Shown here: positions 33,536 to 43,385 of the stretch, in pieces
Numbering within the stretch: the first letter of the stretch is position 1
How the letters are laid out: every line of letters begins with the position of its first letter
From: Candidatus Eremiobacteria bacterium
GTDB lineage: Bacteria > Vulcanimicrobiota > Vulcanimicrobiia > Vulcanimicrobiales > Vulcanimicrobiaceae
DNA length: 64,000 nucleotides
Assembly (NCBI GenBank): GCA_963737065.1
Contig: CAVTRC010000001.1
Coordinates: forward strand, 384,001 to 448,000
Direction of reading: 5' to 3'
Notes under the pieces: generated by a model
Database searches by the model: none
Told to the model about the DNA's origin: nothing
The model's input: only the letters and a program-made list of their open reading frames with translations
Program-made: the position numbers and the translations under genes

Positions 33536-35386
33536 ATGCCAAAACGTATACGACCGCTAGCGATCGTTGCACTCCTCGCACTCGCAGCGTGTCAAGGCGG
33601 AGGCAACGTATCGAGCATTCCATCGGCCGGTGGAACGTCTCCTGAATCAATGCCCGGAAATGCGCCGGCCGGCAGCGCATCGGCTCAAACGTACAAAGTT
33701 CCTGAAACGGCGCCGCAAGGTATGCGGCTCTACATTCATCTTCCGTTGCGCAACGGCGCGGAACTCGACAAACTCATCCAACAGCAGAGCAGTAAAGATT
33801 CACCGCTCTATCATCACTGGTTGACTCCAGCGCAATTCCGCTCGGAGTTCGGACCGACACAAGCAAGTCTGGATTCGGCCGCAACTGCGTTGCGCGCTCA
33901 GGGCTTCAAAACGACGATCACGTCGCAAGCCGTTATCGCCGATGCTCCGCAAGGCGTTGTTGAACGCACGTTCGGCGTGTCACTCGCGCCGAAGACGTTC
34001 GTCGACGCCGTCACGCGCAAGCGCGTTACGACGCTCAACGCAAGCCGCGCTCCGGTCATGCCTGCGGCGCTCACGAAGCTCGGCGCGCAAGTTGTCGGTT
34101 TGAACAATCTCGCGGCACCGCGATCGAACGCGTTCCTCGTCAACAAAAATCCGCTGCCGGCCAATCGCTATAGTCCGGTCGGCGGATATTTCTACGACGA
34201 CCTCAAACAGGCGTACGATTATCCGTCGTACTTCGTTGCACGAGGCACGGGCGCAAAAGTCGCAATTATCGGCGTGAGCGATTTCAACAACAGCGACCTG
34301 AACCTGTACTTCGGTCACGAAGGGCTACCGACGCCGACGTACATCCGGCGGCCGGTCGACGGCGGCCCCGCTCCGTGCGGCGGCGTCGGCGACGGTAATT
34401 GCGATGAAATTTCACTCGACGTTCAGCAAGCCGGCGGCTCCGCACCCGGTGCGACGTTCTACTATTACGGCGCGCCGACGCCGTCGTATGCGTCGTTCCT
34501 CGACATGTGGACGGCAATCGTCGACGACAACATCGCCGACGTCGTCAGCTCGTCGTGGACGGCAGGCTGTGAACGGTACTTTACGCCCGCGTACAACAAC
34601 GGCGTAAATTACGAGTCTATTCTTACGCCGTTCCACGACATCTGGCGTCAAGGCAACGCGCAGGGGATCTCGTTCCTCAACGCTTCGGGCGATTTCGGCG
34701 CCACCGACTGCACGAATGTCGCAGGTACCGCGACAGTCTACGGTGTCCAAGCCTGGGCCTCGGATCCCGACGTGACTGCGGTAGGCGGGACGAATCTCGT
34801 GACGTCATATCACCCGGGTTCGCTGCGCTCGACCTACGTAAGCGAGAATGAATATCCCGATCCGATCGACCCGGCGTTCGAAGGCGGAGTTTCCGGCTTC
34901 ATCTGGGCATCCGGTGGCGGCAAGAGCATATTCTACAGAAAGCCACTCTACCAGTACCTCGTCAACACCGGTTCATCGACCCGCACGATTCCTGATATCT
35001 CGATGCACATGGGCGGATGTCCGGGGATCGCAATACAACCCTGCGGCCCCGATCGCTCCTTCGACTGGACCGTGATCGACGGTCAATTCTACGGCTTCAT
35101 CGGCACCAGTGCATCGACGCCGGAATTCGCCGGACTGCAAGCGATCCAGGATGGAATCTATCACAACCGCGCAGGAAACGTGAACTATCTCATCTACTTC
35201 CTCGGCGCGTTGGGGACGACCGGCAACGGCCCGGTGTACCACAACAACATCCCGGGCTACAACGGTTATCCTTCGCATAGGGGCTACAATTTGGTGGTCG
35301 GCAACGGTACGCCGTACGCCAGAGAGTATGCGCTGCTTCCGTTCGCCCCGCTCGCGGGCGACCCGCAGACGCCTTCAAATCCGTAA
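33536..35386 (+). CDS. S53 (sedolisin/kumamolisin) peptidase, lipoprotein with pro-domain
   Basis: EISLD, ASGDFG, AVGGT, GTSASTP; lipobox LAAC; YHHWLTPAQF pro-domain. Confidence 0.9.
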   Translation: MPKRIRPLAIVALLALAACQGGGNVSSIPSAGGTSPESMPGNAPAGSASAQTYKVPETAPQGMRLYIHLPLRNGAELDKLIQQQSSKDSPLYHHWLTPAQFRSEFGPTQASLDSAATALRAQGFKTTITSQAVIADAPQGVVERTFGVSLAPKTFVDAVTRKRVTTLNASRAPVMPAALTKLGAQVVGLNNLAAPRSNAFLVNKNPLPANRYSPVGGYFYDDLKQAYDYPSYFVARGTGAKVAIIGVSDFNNSDLNLYFGHEGLPTPTYIRRPVDGGPAPCGGVGDGNCDEISLDVQQAGGSAPGATFYYYGAPTPSYASFLDMWTAIVDDNIADVVSSSWTAGCERYFTPAYNNGVNYESILTPFHDIWRQGNAQGISFLNASGDFGATDCTNVAGTATVYGVQAWASDPDVTAVGGTNLVTSYHPGSLRSTYVSENEYPDPIDPAFEGGVSGFIWASGGGKSIFYRKPLYQYLVNTGSSTRTIPDISMHMGGCPGIAIQPCGPDRSFDWTVIDGQFYGFIGTSASTPEFAGLQAIQDGIYHNRAGNVNYLIYFLGALGTTGNGPVYHNNIPGYNGYPSHRGYNLVVGNGTPYAREYALLPFAPLAGDPQTPSNP

Positions 35387-35409
35387 TCCGAACGCGACAA
35401 CCGCATACG

Positions 35410-35437
35410 AACGGCGCTCGAGAAATCGAGCGCCGTT
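35410..35437. terminator. Hairpin between convergent S53 peptidase and ctaG
   Basis: AACGGCGCTCGA-gaaa-TCGAGCGCCGTT perfect 12-bp stem with GAAA loop. Confidence 0.8.
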
Positions 35438-35451
35438 TCGCGTAATCGTTG

Positions 35452-36138
35452 TTACAAGCGACCAGTAGTTGCGACTCCGTGCTGTTCCCGCGCGGCCCAC
35501 GCGCCGAACGTCGCGAGAAACGCGACGAAGAGCACGAGGCCGCCGCCGATCCACATGACGGCCGCTGCATTACTCTGATCTCCGAGCGCTGCAGCGGTAC
35601 CCATCACGCTCGCATAGTGCGGATACAAGACGTGCCGCGCCCCGCCTAACGCAAAGGCGAGCAGTGCGGCTTGCGGGAGCGCAACGAACAAATACAGCAA
35701 TCGCGCCGGATACGGCAGCGGACGCAGAGGCGGCGGGCCGAACACCGGCAGCCAAAACAGGATGCCTGCCCCAAGATACAGCGCGTGCTCGGCGACGTGT
35801 GCCCATGTGTGCTCGAGTGCCAACTCGTACAGTCCGGAAAAGTGCGTGGCCCACATCGTCGCGACGAAGAGCAGGAGCGCCGGAACGGGGTGTGCGAACG
35901 CGTGCATCCACTGCGTAGCGCGAACGGTGCGCGCGACAAACGCCTTCGGTACTATTGCGGTAAATGTTTGAAACGGCCGCGACGCGACGAGCGCGGGCGC
36001 AATCAGAAAAACCAGCGCGAGATGCTGCACCATGTGCCACGCGAACGACCCGTCCGCCCGCGCGTCCATCGCTGGCGAAAGCGTGAGCACGAGCGCGCCG
36101 GCAGCCGTCACGTAACAGAGCAACCCGGTGACGCTCAT
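35452..36138 (-). CDS. ctaG: Cytochrome c oxidase assembly factor (Caa3_CtaG family)
   Basis: HMVQH, HVAEH, LFWLP, DQ..A..MW; ATGA overlap with qcrB stop. Confidence 0.85.
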   Translation of the reverse strand: MSVTGLLCYVTAAGALVLTLSPAMDARADGSFAWHMVQHLALVFLIAPALVASRPFQTFTAIVPKAFVARTVRATQWMHAFAHPVPALLLFVATMWATHFSGLYELALEHTWAHVAEHALYLGAGILFWLPVFGPPPLRPLPYPARLLYLFVALPQAALLAFALGGARHVLYPHYASVMGTAAALGDQSNAAAVMWIGGGLVLFVAFLATFGAWAAREQHGVATTGRL

Positions 36139-37502
36139 CCGATCGTTTCCTCGTCGAATCCGCCCTCGGCATTGCGGCGAAGGCGTACGCGCGGCGCTTT
36201 GTGCACGCCGGCGCGCACGCGCAGTTCGACGCAGATGCAATATGCGAGCACGAACGCGACGATCGGCGCAATCAAGCAAAAGATCTGATAGAAGCGCGTA
36301 ATCGTCGTGATCGGCTCTTGCACGTAGCGCGCCTGCACGTCACCGCTTCCGGCAAGCATCAGGCCGAGACAGAACACGAACACGGCAGCACCGACCGCGG
36401 TGCGAACCGGAACGTTACGCGGCAGGTCTAGCAGATGATGCGAGCGGCGGTCGTTTCGCCATCCCGCCTCGATCCACGGCCACGCAGCCACAAAGATGAA
36501 GAGCACGCCCGGCAGCAACACCGCCATCCAAAACGGCGACGGAATCATGTGACCGAAGAAATGAAACGCCACCGGCGGTCCGACGCGAAGCGCGCCGTCA
36601 AGCCACCCGACATACCAATCGGGTTGCGCCGGACTGACAACTTCCCACGGCTCATACGGTCCCCACACCCAGATAGGATTGATCTGCACGACCGCACCGA
36701 GCGCAAAGACGATCGCAATGATCGCAGCAAAGAGCGCGAGCGACTTCGTCGCGTAATTCGGAAAGAGCGGCGAACCGACGACGTTGTTCTCTCGACGGCC
36801 CGGACCGGGAAACTGCGTGTGCTTTTGGCGCCATAGAACTGCCAGATGGAGGGCGATCAGCGCCGCTAGCGCGGCCGGAATGATGTATACGTGTGTAACG
36901 AACAGCCGAGGCAGCATAACGGCCGAATTCGGGAAGACGCCGCCGACGAGTAGCGACGACGCCCACGCGCCGATGAACGGGATCGAGAGCAGAATCGATA
37001 CGGCGATCCGTAAGCCGGTGCCGCTCAGCAAATCGTCCGGCATCGAATACCCGGCGAATCCCTCGAACATCGCGAGCATCAGCATCCCGAGGCCGATCAG
37101 CCAATTGATCTCACGCGGTTTGCGAAACGCGCCCGTGAAGAACACGCGTCCCATGTGCACGATGATGCCGGCGACGAAGATCAACGCCGCCCAGTGATGA
37201 ACTTGCCGAATCAATAGACCGCCGTTGATCTCAAAGCTGAGCTTCAACGTTGAATCGTACGCGTGCGAAACCTGCGTACCGTCGAGCAGCGAGTACGGCC
37301 CGTGATACGTCAGCTTCGACGCATTCGGATCGAAAAAGAACGCGAGAAACGTCCCGGTCGCGATCAGCACGGCGAAGGTGTACATGTTGATTTCGCCGAG
37401 CATGAAGGACCAGTGATCGGGAAACGCTTTGCGCAGCGCATGGCTTACGAAGTGCGCGGTTCCAAGGCGGTCGTCAACCCAATCCAGTAAGGAACGAACC
37501 AT
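36135..37502 (-). CDS. qcrB: Cytochrome b subunit of actinobacterial-type bc complex
   Basis: FPDHWSFMLGEI, RQVHHWAA..VHM, QKHTQFPGPGR, QPDWY. Confidence 0.93.
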   Translation of the reverse strand: MVRSLLDWVDDRLGTAHFVSHALRKAFPDHWSFMLGEINMYTFAVLIATGTFLAFFFDPNASKLTYHGPYSLLDGTQVSHAYDSTLKLSFEINGGLLIRQVHHWAALIFVAGIIVHMGRVFFTGAFRKPREINWLIGLGMLMLAMFEGFAGYSMPDDLLSGTGLRIAVSILLSIPFIGAWASSLLVGGVFPNSAVMLPRLFVTHVYIIPAALAALIALHLAVLWRQKHTQFPGPGRRENNVVGSPLFPNYATKSLALFAAIIAIVFALGAVVQINPIWVWGPYEPWEVVSPAQPDWYVGWLDGALRVGPPVAFHFFGHMIPSPFWMAVLLPGVLFIFVAAWPWIEAGWRNDRRSHHLLDLPRNVPVRTAVGAAVFVFCLGLMLAGSGDVQARYVQEPITTITRFYQIFCLIAPIVAFVLAYCICVELRVRAGVHKAPRVRLRRNAEGGFDEETIG

Positions 37503-37558
37503 TCAACTCGCCTCGGCGGATTGGCCGAAGGCCAACCGCAACGGGTTAATGCGAAGCA

Positions 37559-38368
37559 TTAGCCCTGTTGCCAGAAGCCCGGGCCGACCGGTTCTGGGTA
37601 ATCGCCGCTCGCGCGTACGAAACCATCCGCGGCCACTTCAATCGGCAGACGCGGAAGCGCGTGATCCGCCGGTCCCGACACGACCGCGCCGTCGTTCACG
37701 ACATCGAACACCGATTGATGGCACGGACACATCAGCTGCTTCGCCGTCGCGCGGTAGAGCGCAACGGGACAACCGGCATGCGTGCAAACTTTCGAGTACG
37801 CGACATAGCCGTCAGCAGCGCCGCCGACATCATCCCCGACGCGAATGAGCACCGTCTGCGACTGCGCATCGCCGATCGCACCCTCGGGGAAAACGGTGAC
37901 GACGGAATCGACGTTCAGGTCGGTCGCCTTGACGAACGAGCCGTCCTCGCGTTGCAGTCGCGTGCCTTTGCGCCATTTCGTATGGAACGCGGCATCGCCG
38001 AACGCCGGCCCGAGCGAACGAATCGGAACGATGAGCGCGGCACCGAAAAATCCGAGCGCGGTGTACAGCATGCGCGTGAGAAACCGCTTGCGCGTTGCAT
38101 CGATGATGCCGCTCGTTGCCTCGACGTCCTCAGCGGCGCGATCCCGCGCGCTCGACGGATAGTCGTCGCGCTCGTCCTCGACGTGCTCGTCGGGAAGAAT
38201 CCAAAACGCCCATCCGACGCCGGCGGCGCACAACCCCGCCGCGCAGAGCGCGAACGACAAGCCTTCATAGACGCGGTCGCCGCCGGTCGCATACGCGGCG
38301 ATGAACAACGCTGCGCCGAGCATCGCGAGCAGCAGCGCCGCTGCGATGACGCGATCTTTCACGATCAT
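37559..38368 (-). CDS. qcrA: Rieske iron-sulfur subunit with three TM helices
   Basis: YSKVCTHAGC and CPCHQSVF, GPA..ALPRL; start MIVKDR overlaps ctaE stop. Confidence 0.92.
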   Translation of the reverse strand: MIVKDRVIAAALLLAMLGAALFIAAYATGGDRVYEGLSFALCAAGLCAAGVGWAFWILPDEHVEDERDDYPSSARDRAAEDVEATSGIIDATRKRFLTRMLYTALGFFGAALIVPIRSLGPAFGDAAFHTKWRKGTRLQREDGSFVKATDLNVDSVVTVFPEGAIGDAQSQTVLIRVGDDVGGAADGYVAYSKVCTHAGCPVALYRATAKQLMCPCHQSVFDVVNDGAVVSGPADHALPRLPIEVAADGFVRASGDYPEPVGPGFWQQG

Positions 38369-38958
38369 TGAATCAAGTAGATACTCGCCCAGATGCCGAC
38401 CCAGACGATAAAGACGAAGTGCCAGTAGTACGTCATCGCTTCGGCGCCTTCGCGGTGATACGCGCGCAACGCGCCGCTCCGCATGCCGATAAGCAACGCA
38501 AGCAGAATCCCGACGCCGACCGTAACGTGCAGCAGATGGAAGCCGGTCATCGCGTAGTAAATCGAGCCGTAAGCGTTCGAAGCGACGGTAAACGTGTTGC
38601 CGAAGTACCCGTGGATCGAGAGCGCGATGAACGCGACGGCCGCGATAACGGCTGTTGCGGTCCACCATCGCGCCGCCGTCGTGCGTCGCTTGTCCATGGC
38701 TTTTGTGGCGAACACCATCACGATGCTTGCGATCAGGAGCAGCGCGGTCCCGACGGCCGATTCCACAACGTCGAGGTGCACGCCGGGCGGCGGCCATGTC
38801 GCGCGATTCGCGCGTAGATCGAAGTACGACGCGAAGAGCGCGGCAAAAAACATCAGTTCTGAAGCAAGAAAGAGCACGGTCCCAAAGACGAGCGGATGCG
38901 CGCGTACCGGCAACGGTCGGTGACGAAGGTTATCGTCAACAGAACTCGACACACCCAA
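38365..38958 (-). CDS. ctaE: Cytochrome c oxidase subunit III
   Basis: LFLASELMFFAALF, TGFHLLHV, YYWHFV; start TTG 38958 or GTG 38952. Confidence 0.92.
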   Translation of the reverse strand: MGVSSSVDDNLRHRPLPVRAHPLVFGTVLFLASELMFFAALFASYFDLRANRATWPPPGVHLDVVESAVGTALLLIASIVMVFATKAMDKRRTTAARWWTATAVIAAVAFIALSIHGYFGNTFTVASNAYGSIYYAMTGFHLLHVTVGVGILLALLIGMRSGALRAYHREGAEAMTYYWHFVFIVWVGIWASIYLIQ

Positions 38959-38961
38959 TGC

Positions 38962-38993
38962 TACCCGCGCGTGCGATGCTTTATGCGCGGGTA
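38962..38993. promoter_or_regulatory. Inverted repeat in the short divergent ctaE/ctaC spacer
   Basis: TACCCGCGC-N14-GCGCGGGTA. Confidence 0.5.
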
Positions 38994-39004
38994 AAAGCGC
39001 GGAT

Positions 39005-39655
39005 GTGTGGTGGTTGACTCATCCTACGACTGCGCAAGCCGGCATGATGCAGCAAACGTGGCTCGTTTCCGTATGCGCGGGCGCGGTCGTCGGGATTTAC
39101 GTCTACGCCGCGATCCTATGGTGTATGTTCGCATACCGGCGTGGCCGCCACGACGCCAAGGATTTCACCGGCAATCCTCCGCTCGAAATCACGTACACGA
39201 TCATCCCGCTGATCATCGTGATCGGATTGTTTCTCGTGACGTTCCACGATGAGGTGCCCGTCGATCATGTCTCCGCAAAGCCACAGAACCGCGTCGACGT
39301 CACGGCGTTCCGATGGTCGTGGCGCTTCGGCTATAACGGTGACCGGGTGACGTCGACCGGCACGCCGCAATCACCGCCGACGCTCTATCTGCCCGTCGAC
39401 CGAACCACCGAAATCGACCTCTCCAGCGCGGACGTCAATCACTCGTTTTGGGTTCCCGCGTTCCTCTTTAAGCGAGACGCGATTCCGGGAATGACGAATG
39501 TCTTCGATGTCACGCCGAGCCGCACGGGAACGTATCTTTCGCGCTGCGCCCAATTCTGTGGCCTCGACCACGCCGTCATGACGTTCACCGTCGACGTCGT
39601 TGCAGACGACGCGTATGACCGCTACATCGCTTCGAATGGAGCGGTCAAGCCGTGA
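39005..39655 (+). CDS. ctaC: Cytochrome c oxidase subunit II (CuA, no cytochrome c domain)
   Basis: LEITYT, RWSWRF, DVNHSFWVP, CAQFCGLDHAVM. Confidence 0.93.
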   Translation: MWWLTHPTTAQAGMMQQTWLVSVCAGAVVGIYVYAAILWCMFAYRRGRHDAKDFTGNPPLEITYTIIPLIIVIGLFLVTFHDEVPVDHVSAKPQNRVDVTAFRWSWRFGYNGDRVTSTGTPQSPPTLYLPVDRTTEIDLSSADVNHSFWVPAFLFKRDAIPGMTNVFDVTPSRTGTYLSRCAQFCGLDHAVMTFTVDVVADDAYDRYIASNGAVKP

Positions 39656-41232
39656 TCGACTGGCTGACCGCGACCGATCACAAGAAGATCGGCATCATGT
39701 ACATCTTCGCGACGATGACGTTTTTCGTCGCCGCCGGCATTCTGGCGATGATGATTCGGGCGCAACTTGCTCGGCCCGATAATACGCTGCTCTCGCCGCA
39801 CCTCTACAATCAGGTCTTCACTCTGCACGGAACCGCGATGATTTTCTTCGTCATCGCACCGTTCGCTCTCGGCTTGGCGAACTTCATCGTACCGTTGCAG
39901 ATCGGCGCGCCCGACATGGCGTTTCCACGCTTGAACGCGACGTCGCTCTGGCTCTTCGTGATTGGCGGCATCGTGATGTTCGCCGGGTTTGCGACGTACG
40001 GCGGCGCGAGCGCAAACGGTTGGACGAACTACGCGCCGCTCTCGGAGATCAGCCAAGGCACGGGCGCAGGCAACGACTTCTGGACGATCGGCGTGCTTCT
40101 GGCGAGCGTCTCGACCATTCTCACCGCAGTGAACTTGACGACGACCGTCTTCTTACTGCGCGCACCCGGCATGACGATGTGGCGCGTGCCGATCTTCACG
40201 TGGGAAATCATCGCGACGGCGCTCTTGATCCTGATGGCGTTTCCGTCGCTCACCGCCGTGCTCTTCATGGTGTTGATCGACCGCCACCTCGGCGGACATT
40301 TCTTCGACCCCGCCTACGGCGGCAATCCGGTCCTTTACCAGCACCTCTTCTGGTTCTTCGGCCATCCGGAAGTTTACGTGATGGTCTTGCCGTACTTCGG
40401 CATCGTCACGGAAGTCATCGCAACGTTCTCGCATAAGCCGGTCTTCGGTTACGTGGGGCTCGTGATTTCCGCGTTTGCGATCGCCGGTCTCTCGATGGGC
40501 GTCTGGGCGCATCACATGTTCACGACGGGCGCCGTCAGCAATCCGTTTTTCTCGATGGTGTCGTTCCTGATTGCCGTGCCGACCGGAGTTAAGTTCGTGA
40601 ATTGGATCGGCACGATGTGGAAAGGCTCGCTCGAGTTCACGACCTCGATGCTCTTTGCGCTCGGTTTTCTTTTCAATTTCTTGCTCGGCGGCATTACGGG
40701 CGTCATGATCGCGTCGCCGCCGATCGATTATCAAGTGCACGACTCGTATTTCATCGTGCATCACTTCCACTACACGCTCGGCGGCGGCAGCATGTTCGCA
40801 CTCTTCGCGGGCCTCTTTTTCTGGTTCCCGAAGATCTTCGGCGTACGGCTGAATGAAACGCTCGGGAAGTGGTTCTTTGCGTTGATGTTCATCGGCTTTA
40901 ACTTGACGTTCATCCCGATGGCGTTCATGGGCCTCGAAGGCATGGCGCGGCGCGTCTACACCTATCCGAACATCGAACACCTCGCGCTGCTCAACGGGCT
41001 CGCCACCGCGGGCGGATTGATCATGGCGATCGGCGTCGTGCTCTTCTTCGTCAATGTTTTCATCTCGGCGTTCGCCGACGTGCCCGTTCCCGCGAATCCA
41101 TGGGGCGGCTTCACACTCGAGTGGCTCACGTCCTCACCACCACCCGAGCATAACTTCGAAACGCTCCCCCCGATCAACAGCCGCCGCCCCGCCTGGGACG
41201 CCGCGGGTCATCCTGAGCCCGTCGAAGGATGA
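39652..41232 (+). CDS. ctaD: Cytochrome c oxidase subunit I (A1 type)
   Basis: DHKKIG, LHGTAM, FGHPEVY, WAHHM, HDSYF..HHFHY. Confidence 0.96.
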   Translation: MIDWLTATDHKKIGIMYIFATMTFFVAAGILAMMIRAQLARPDNTLLSPHLYNQVFTLHGTAMIFFVIAPFALGLANFIVPLQIGAPDMAFPRLNATSLWLFVIGGIVMFAGFATYGGASANGWTNYAPLSEISQGTGAGNDFWTIGVLLASVSTILTAVNLTTTVFLLRAPGMTMWRVPIFTWEIIATALLILMAFPSLTAVLFMVLIDRHLGGHFFDPAYGGNPVLYQHLFWFFGHPEVYVMVLPYFGIVTEVIATFSHKPVFGYVGLVISAFAIAGLSMGVWAHHMFTTGAVSNPFFSMVSFLIAVPTGVKFVNWIGTMWKGSLEFTTSMLFALGFLFNFLLGGITGVMIASPPIDYQVHDSYFIVHHFHYTLGGGSMFALFAGLFFWFPKIFGVRLNETLGKWFFALMFIGFNLTFIPMAFMGLEGMARRVYTYPNIEHLALLNGLATAGGLIMAIGVVLFFVNVFISAFADVPVPANPWGGFTLEWLTSSPPPEHNFETLPPINSRRPAWDAAGHPEPVEG

Positions 41233-41615
41233 AAACGTTCGTCGGGCTCTTTCTCTCGTCGACGGCGTTTGGACTCGCGATCGTCATCGCGTACTGGTTC
41301 ATCGCGCACGAAGAGACGACCGGTTCGGTCTTACTCGGCATCATGACGGCCGCGCTCGCGTTTGCGGCAACATACGCGATGGTCGCCGAACGCAACGCAA
41401 ACCTCGATGGCGACGGCCAAGACCTCTCGCCGCAGAACAGCGCCGGCGAAGACTTGGGCATTTACACGATGCACAGCGCGTACCCGTTGTTAGTGGCCGT
41501 TTCGTCGCTCTTCACGCTCGTCGGCATACTGTATTCACCGTTGCTCGCGTTCGTCGCCATCGTCGCGCTCGTGCTCTGTCTGTGGCGCCTCGGCGCCGAA
41601 AGCGCGAGAATCTAA
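41229..41615 (+). CDS. ctaF: Cytochrome c oxidase subunit IV (actinobacterial type)
   Basis: YWFIAHE..G..LLG, DLGIY..HS.YP; coupled to ctaD. Confidence 0.8.
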   Translation: MKTFVGLFLSSTAFGLAIVIAYWFIAHEETTGSVLLGIMTAALAFAATYAMVAERNANLDGDGQDLSPQNSAGEDLGIYTMHSAYPLLVAVSSLFTLVGILYSPLLAFVAIVALVLCLWRLGAESARI

Positions 41616-41804
41616 TCGAAAATCGTCGAAAGCCCAAGCACGCGCGCCGGTGAGCGCGGATCGCTCCGGGAAACGACTTTCATGCCCCGCTGCTGGTCGT
41701 GTGGTCGGAACGAGACGATATGGAACCGGGTGGCCGAAAATCCGATCGACGCTGCTGAACTTGGAAAGTGCTTCGCGGACGTCGCGTCGTAACAGACAGT
41801 CGCC

Positions 41805-42314
41805 ATGGAATCTCGCATCCCACCCGCCGTAGAAGCCTTGAATATCCCGCATCCCGCGCTCGTCGTATGGCTGCGTCACGTCGGTTGAACGTTTTTTGGT
41901 GAACCGCTTGCGCAGTTGCGCGAGCTCGAGGACGAATTCGAACGAGAGGGCATCGCCGTGCGCTTCGTGGTGATCGGCGATATGACAAAGACACGCCGGT
42001 ATTGCGACCCATACGGAATGTCGTCGCGCTGCATTCCCGATCCCAACAAAGAAACGTACGCGGCGATGGGCTTCGGTCAGTACAACCTGTTACGGCTCTT
42101 CAGCGATCACGCGCTCAAGGAACGGCATAGAGAAAATCGCGCGGCAGGCTTTCATCAAAGCTGGGCCGCAACGCGGTTGCGGGACAGCGCGCAGCTTCCC
42201 GGCGCGGCGATCATCGACAAACAGGGAACGATCGCGTGGCGTCACGCCGGCGCGCATCCCGGCGATCTTCCGTCGATGCGCGAAATGCTCGAAATCGCGC
42301 GCGCGGCAACCTAA
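41805..42314 (+). CDS. Peroxiredoxin-like (AhpC/TSA_2, SelL-related) redox protein with in-frame TGA, putative selenoprotein
   Basis: Frame from ATG 41805 reads MESRIPPAVEALNIPHPALVVWLRHVG-TGA(41886-41888)-TFFGEPLAQL into ORF 41916..42314 (DPNKETY.AMG, QLPGAAIID..G.I.W.H). Confidence 0.75.
41906..41925 (+). promoter_or_regulatory. Putative bacterial SECIS hairpin
   Basis: GCTTGCGC-agtt-GCGCGAGC 8-bp stem (one G.U), G at loop position 2, loop 25 nt after the TGA. Confidence 0.6.
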
Positions 42315-42349
42315 AATGATATTTTGTCGCCTTCGATGAAATATTGCTC
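42313..42349 (+). promoter_or_regulatory. Shared promoter/operator motif, copy 1
   Basis: AAAATGATATTTTGTCGC-N8-AAATATTGCTC; near-identical copy at 46083-46119. Confidence 0.65.
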
Positions 42350-42363
42350 GCGGAGGGCGAGCG

Positions 42364-43385
42364 ATGGAAGTTTCCGTTCGAACCGAGACGTGGGCATTTC
42401 GATACCCTTTTCGCATTACCGGATATGAGTGGACCGATCAGGAGCTCGTCGTCGCCGAAGTGGCGGACGGCGACCGGCGCGGTCGCGGTGAGGCTCTCGG
42501 CGTTTATTATAAGCAAGAGACGGCGTCACGCCTGAGTGCGGAAATCGTTGCGGCGGCGCAACGCGCGACGAACGTCGCGGAATTGACCGCCATTACTGCG
42601 TACTTGCCGCCGGGCGGCGCGAAAAACGCATTGGACTGTGCGCTATGGGAGTTGCGATCCTTGCAAGAAGCAATGCCCGTTTGGCGCCTCGCAGGCTTTG
42701 CGTCGGCTCCGCGCCCCGTTCAAACGACCTGCACGGTCGGCGCCGGTACACCGGAGGAAATGTCCGCGCGCGCTCGCGACTTTGCGACCGCTACCGCGCT
42801 GAAGCTAAAACTCGTCGGCGATGGAGCCGATGCGGAGCGCGTGCGCGCGGTTCGTACGCAACGCCCCGACGCGTGGATCGGCGTCGATGGGAATCAAGGC
42901 TTCACGCTGCAGACGCTCCACGAGCTGCTCCCGACACTGATCGCGTGTAACATTAACTTCTGGAACAGCCGTTTCCGATCGGTCGCGATGAAGATTTGGA
43001 TGACGTGGAGTCGCCCATTCCCATTGCCGCCGACGAGAGCGTGCAATCGTTGACGGATATCGAGCGGCTTGTCGGCCGGTTCGATACGATCAATATTAAG
43101 CTCGACAAGTGCGGTGGTCTCACCGACGCCCTGCGCATGCAGCAACGCGCGCGCGAGCTCGGGCTCAACGTCATGGTTGGATGCATGGGCGGCACGTCGC
43201 TTTCGATGGCTCCGGGGTTTATCGTCGCGCAACGCTGTGACGTGGTCGATCTCGACGGACCGCTCCTTCTCAAATCGGATCGTACGCCGTCGGCCACGTA
43301 CCGAGACGGCTGCATCGAGTGCCCTGAAGACGTTTGGGGATTTTCTACGTCGCTTGCCGCGCAGGAAACGCAGAGGTCAACATGA
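42364..43385 (+). CDS. Dipeptide epimerase (L-Ala-D/L-Glu epimerase, enolase superfamily), frameshifted near 42956
   Basis: GRGEA, NALDCALW, KLKL, VDGNQG, EQP, IAADES, NIKLDKCGG, DLDG. Confidence 0.88.

Noticed and set aside
37516..37539. Hairpin between qcrA and qcrB as remnant of qcrC or a regulatory RNA
   Set aside because: The spacer is only 56 bp, and qcrC normally lies between ctaE and qcrA; at most an mRNA stability element.
41535..41879. Minus-strand ORFs 41535..41879 and 41612..41818
   Set aside because: They overlap ctaF and/or the better-supported TGA-containing plus-strand gene; no motif.
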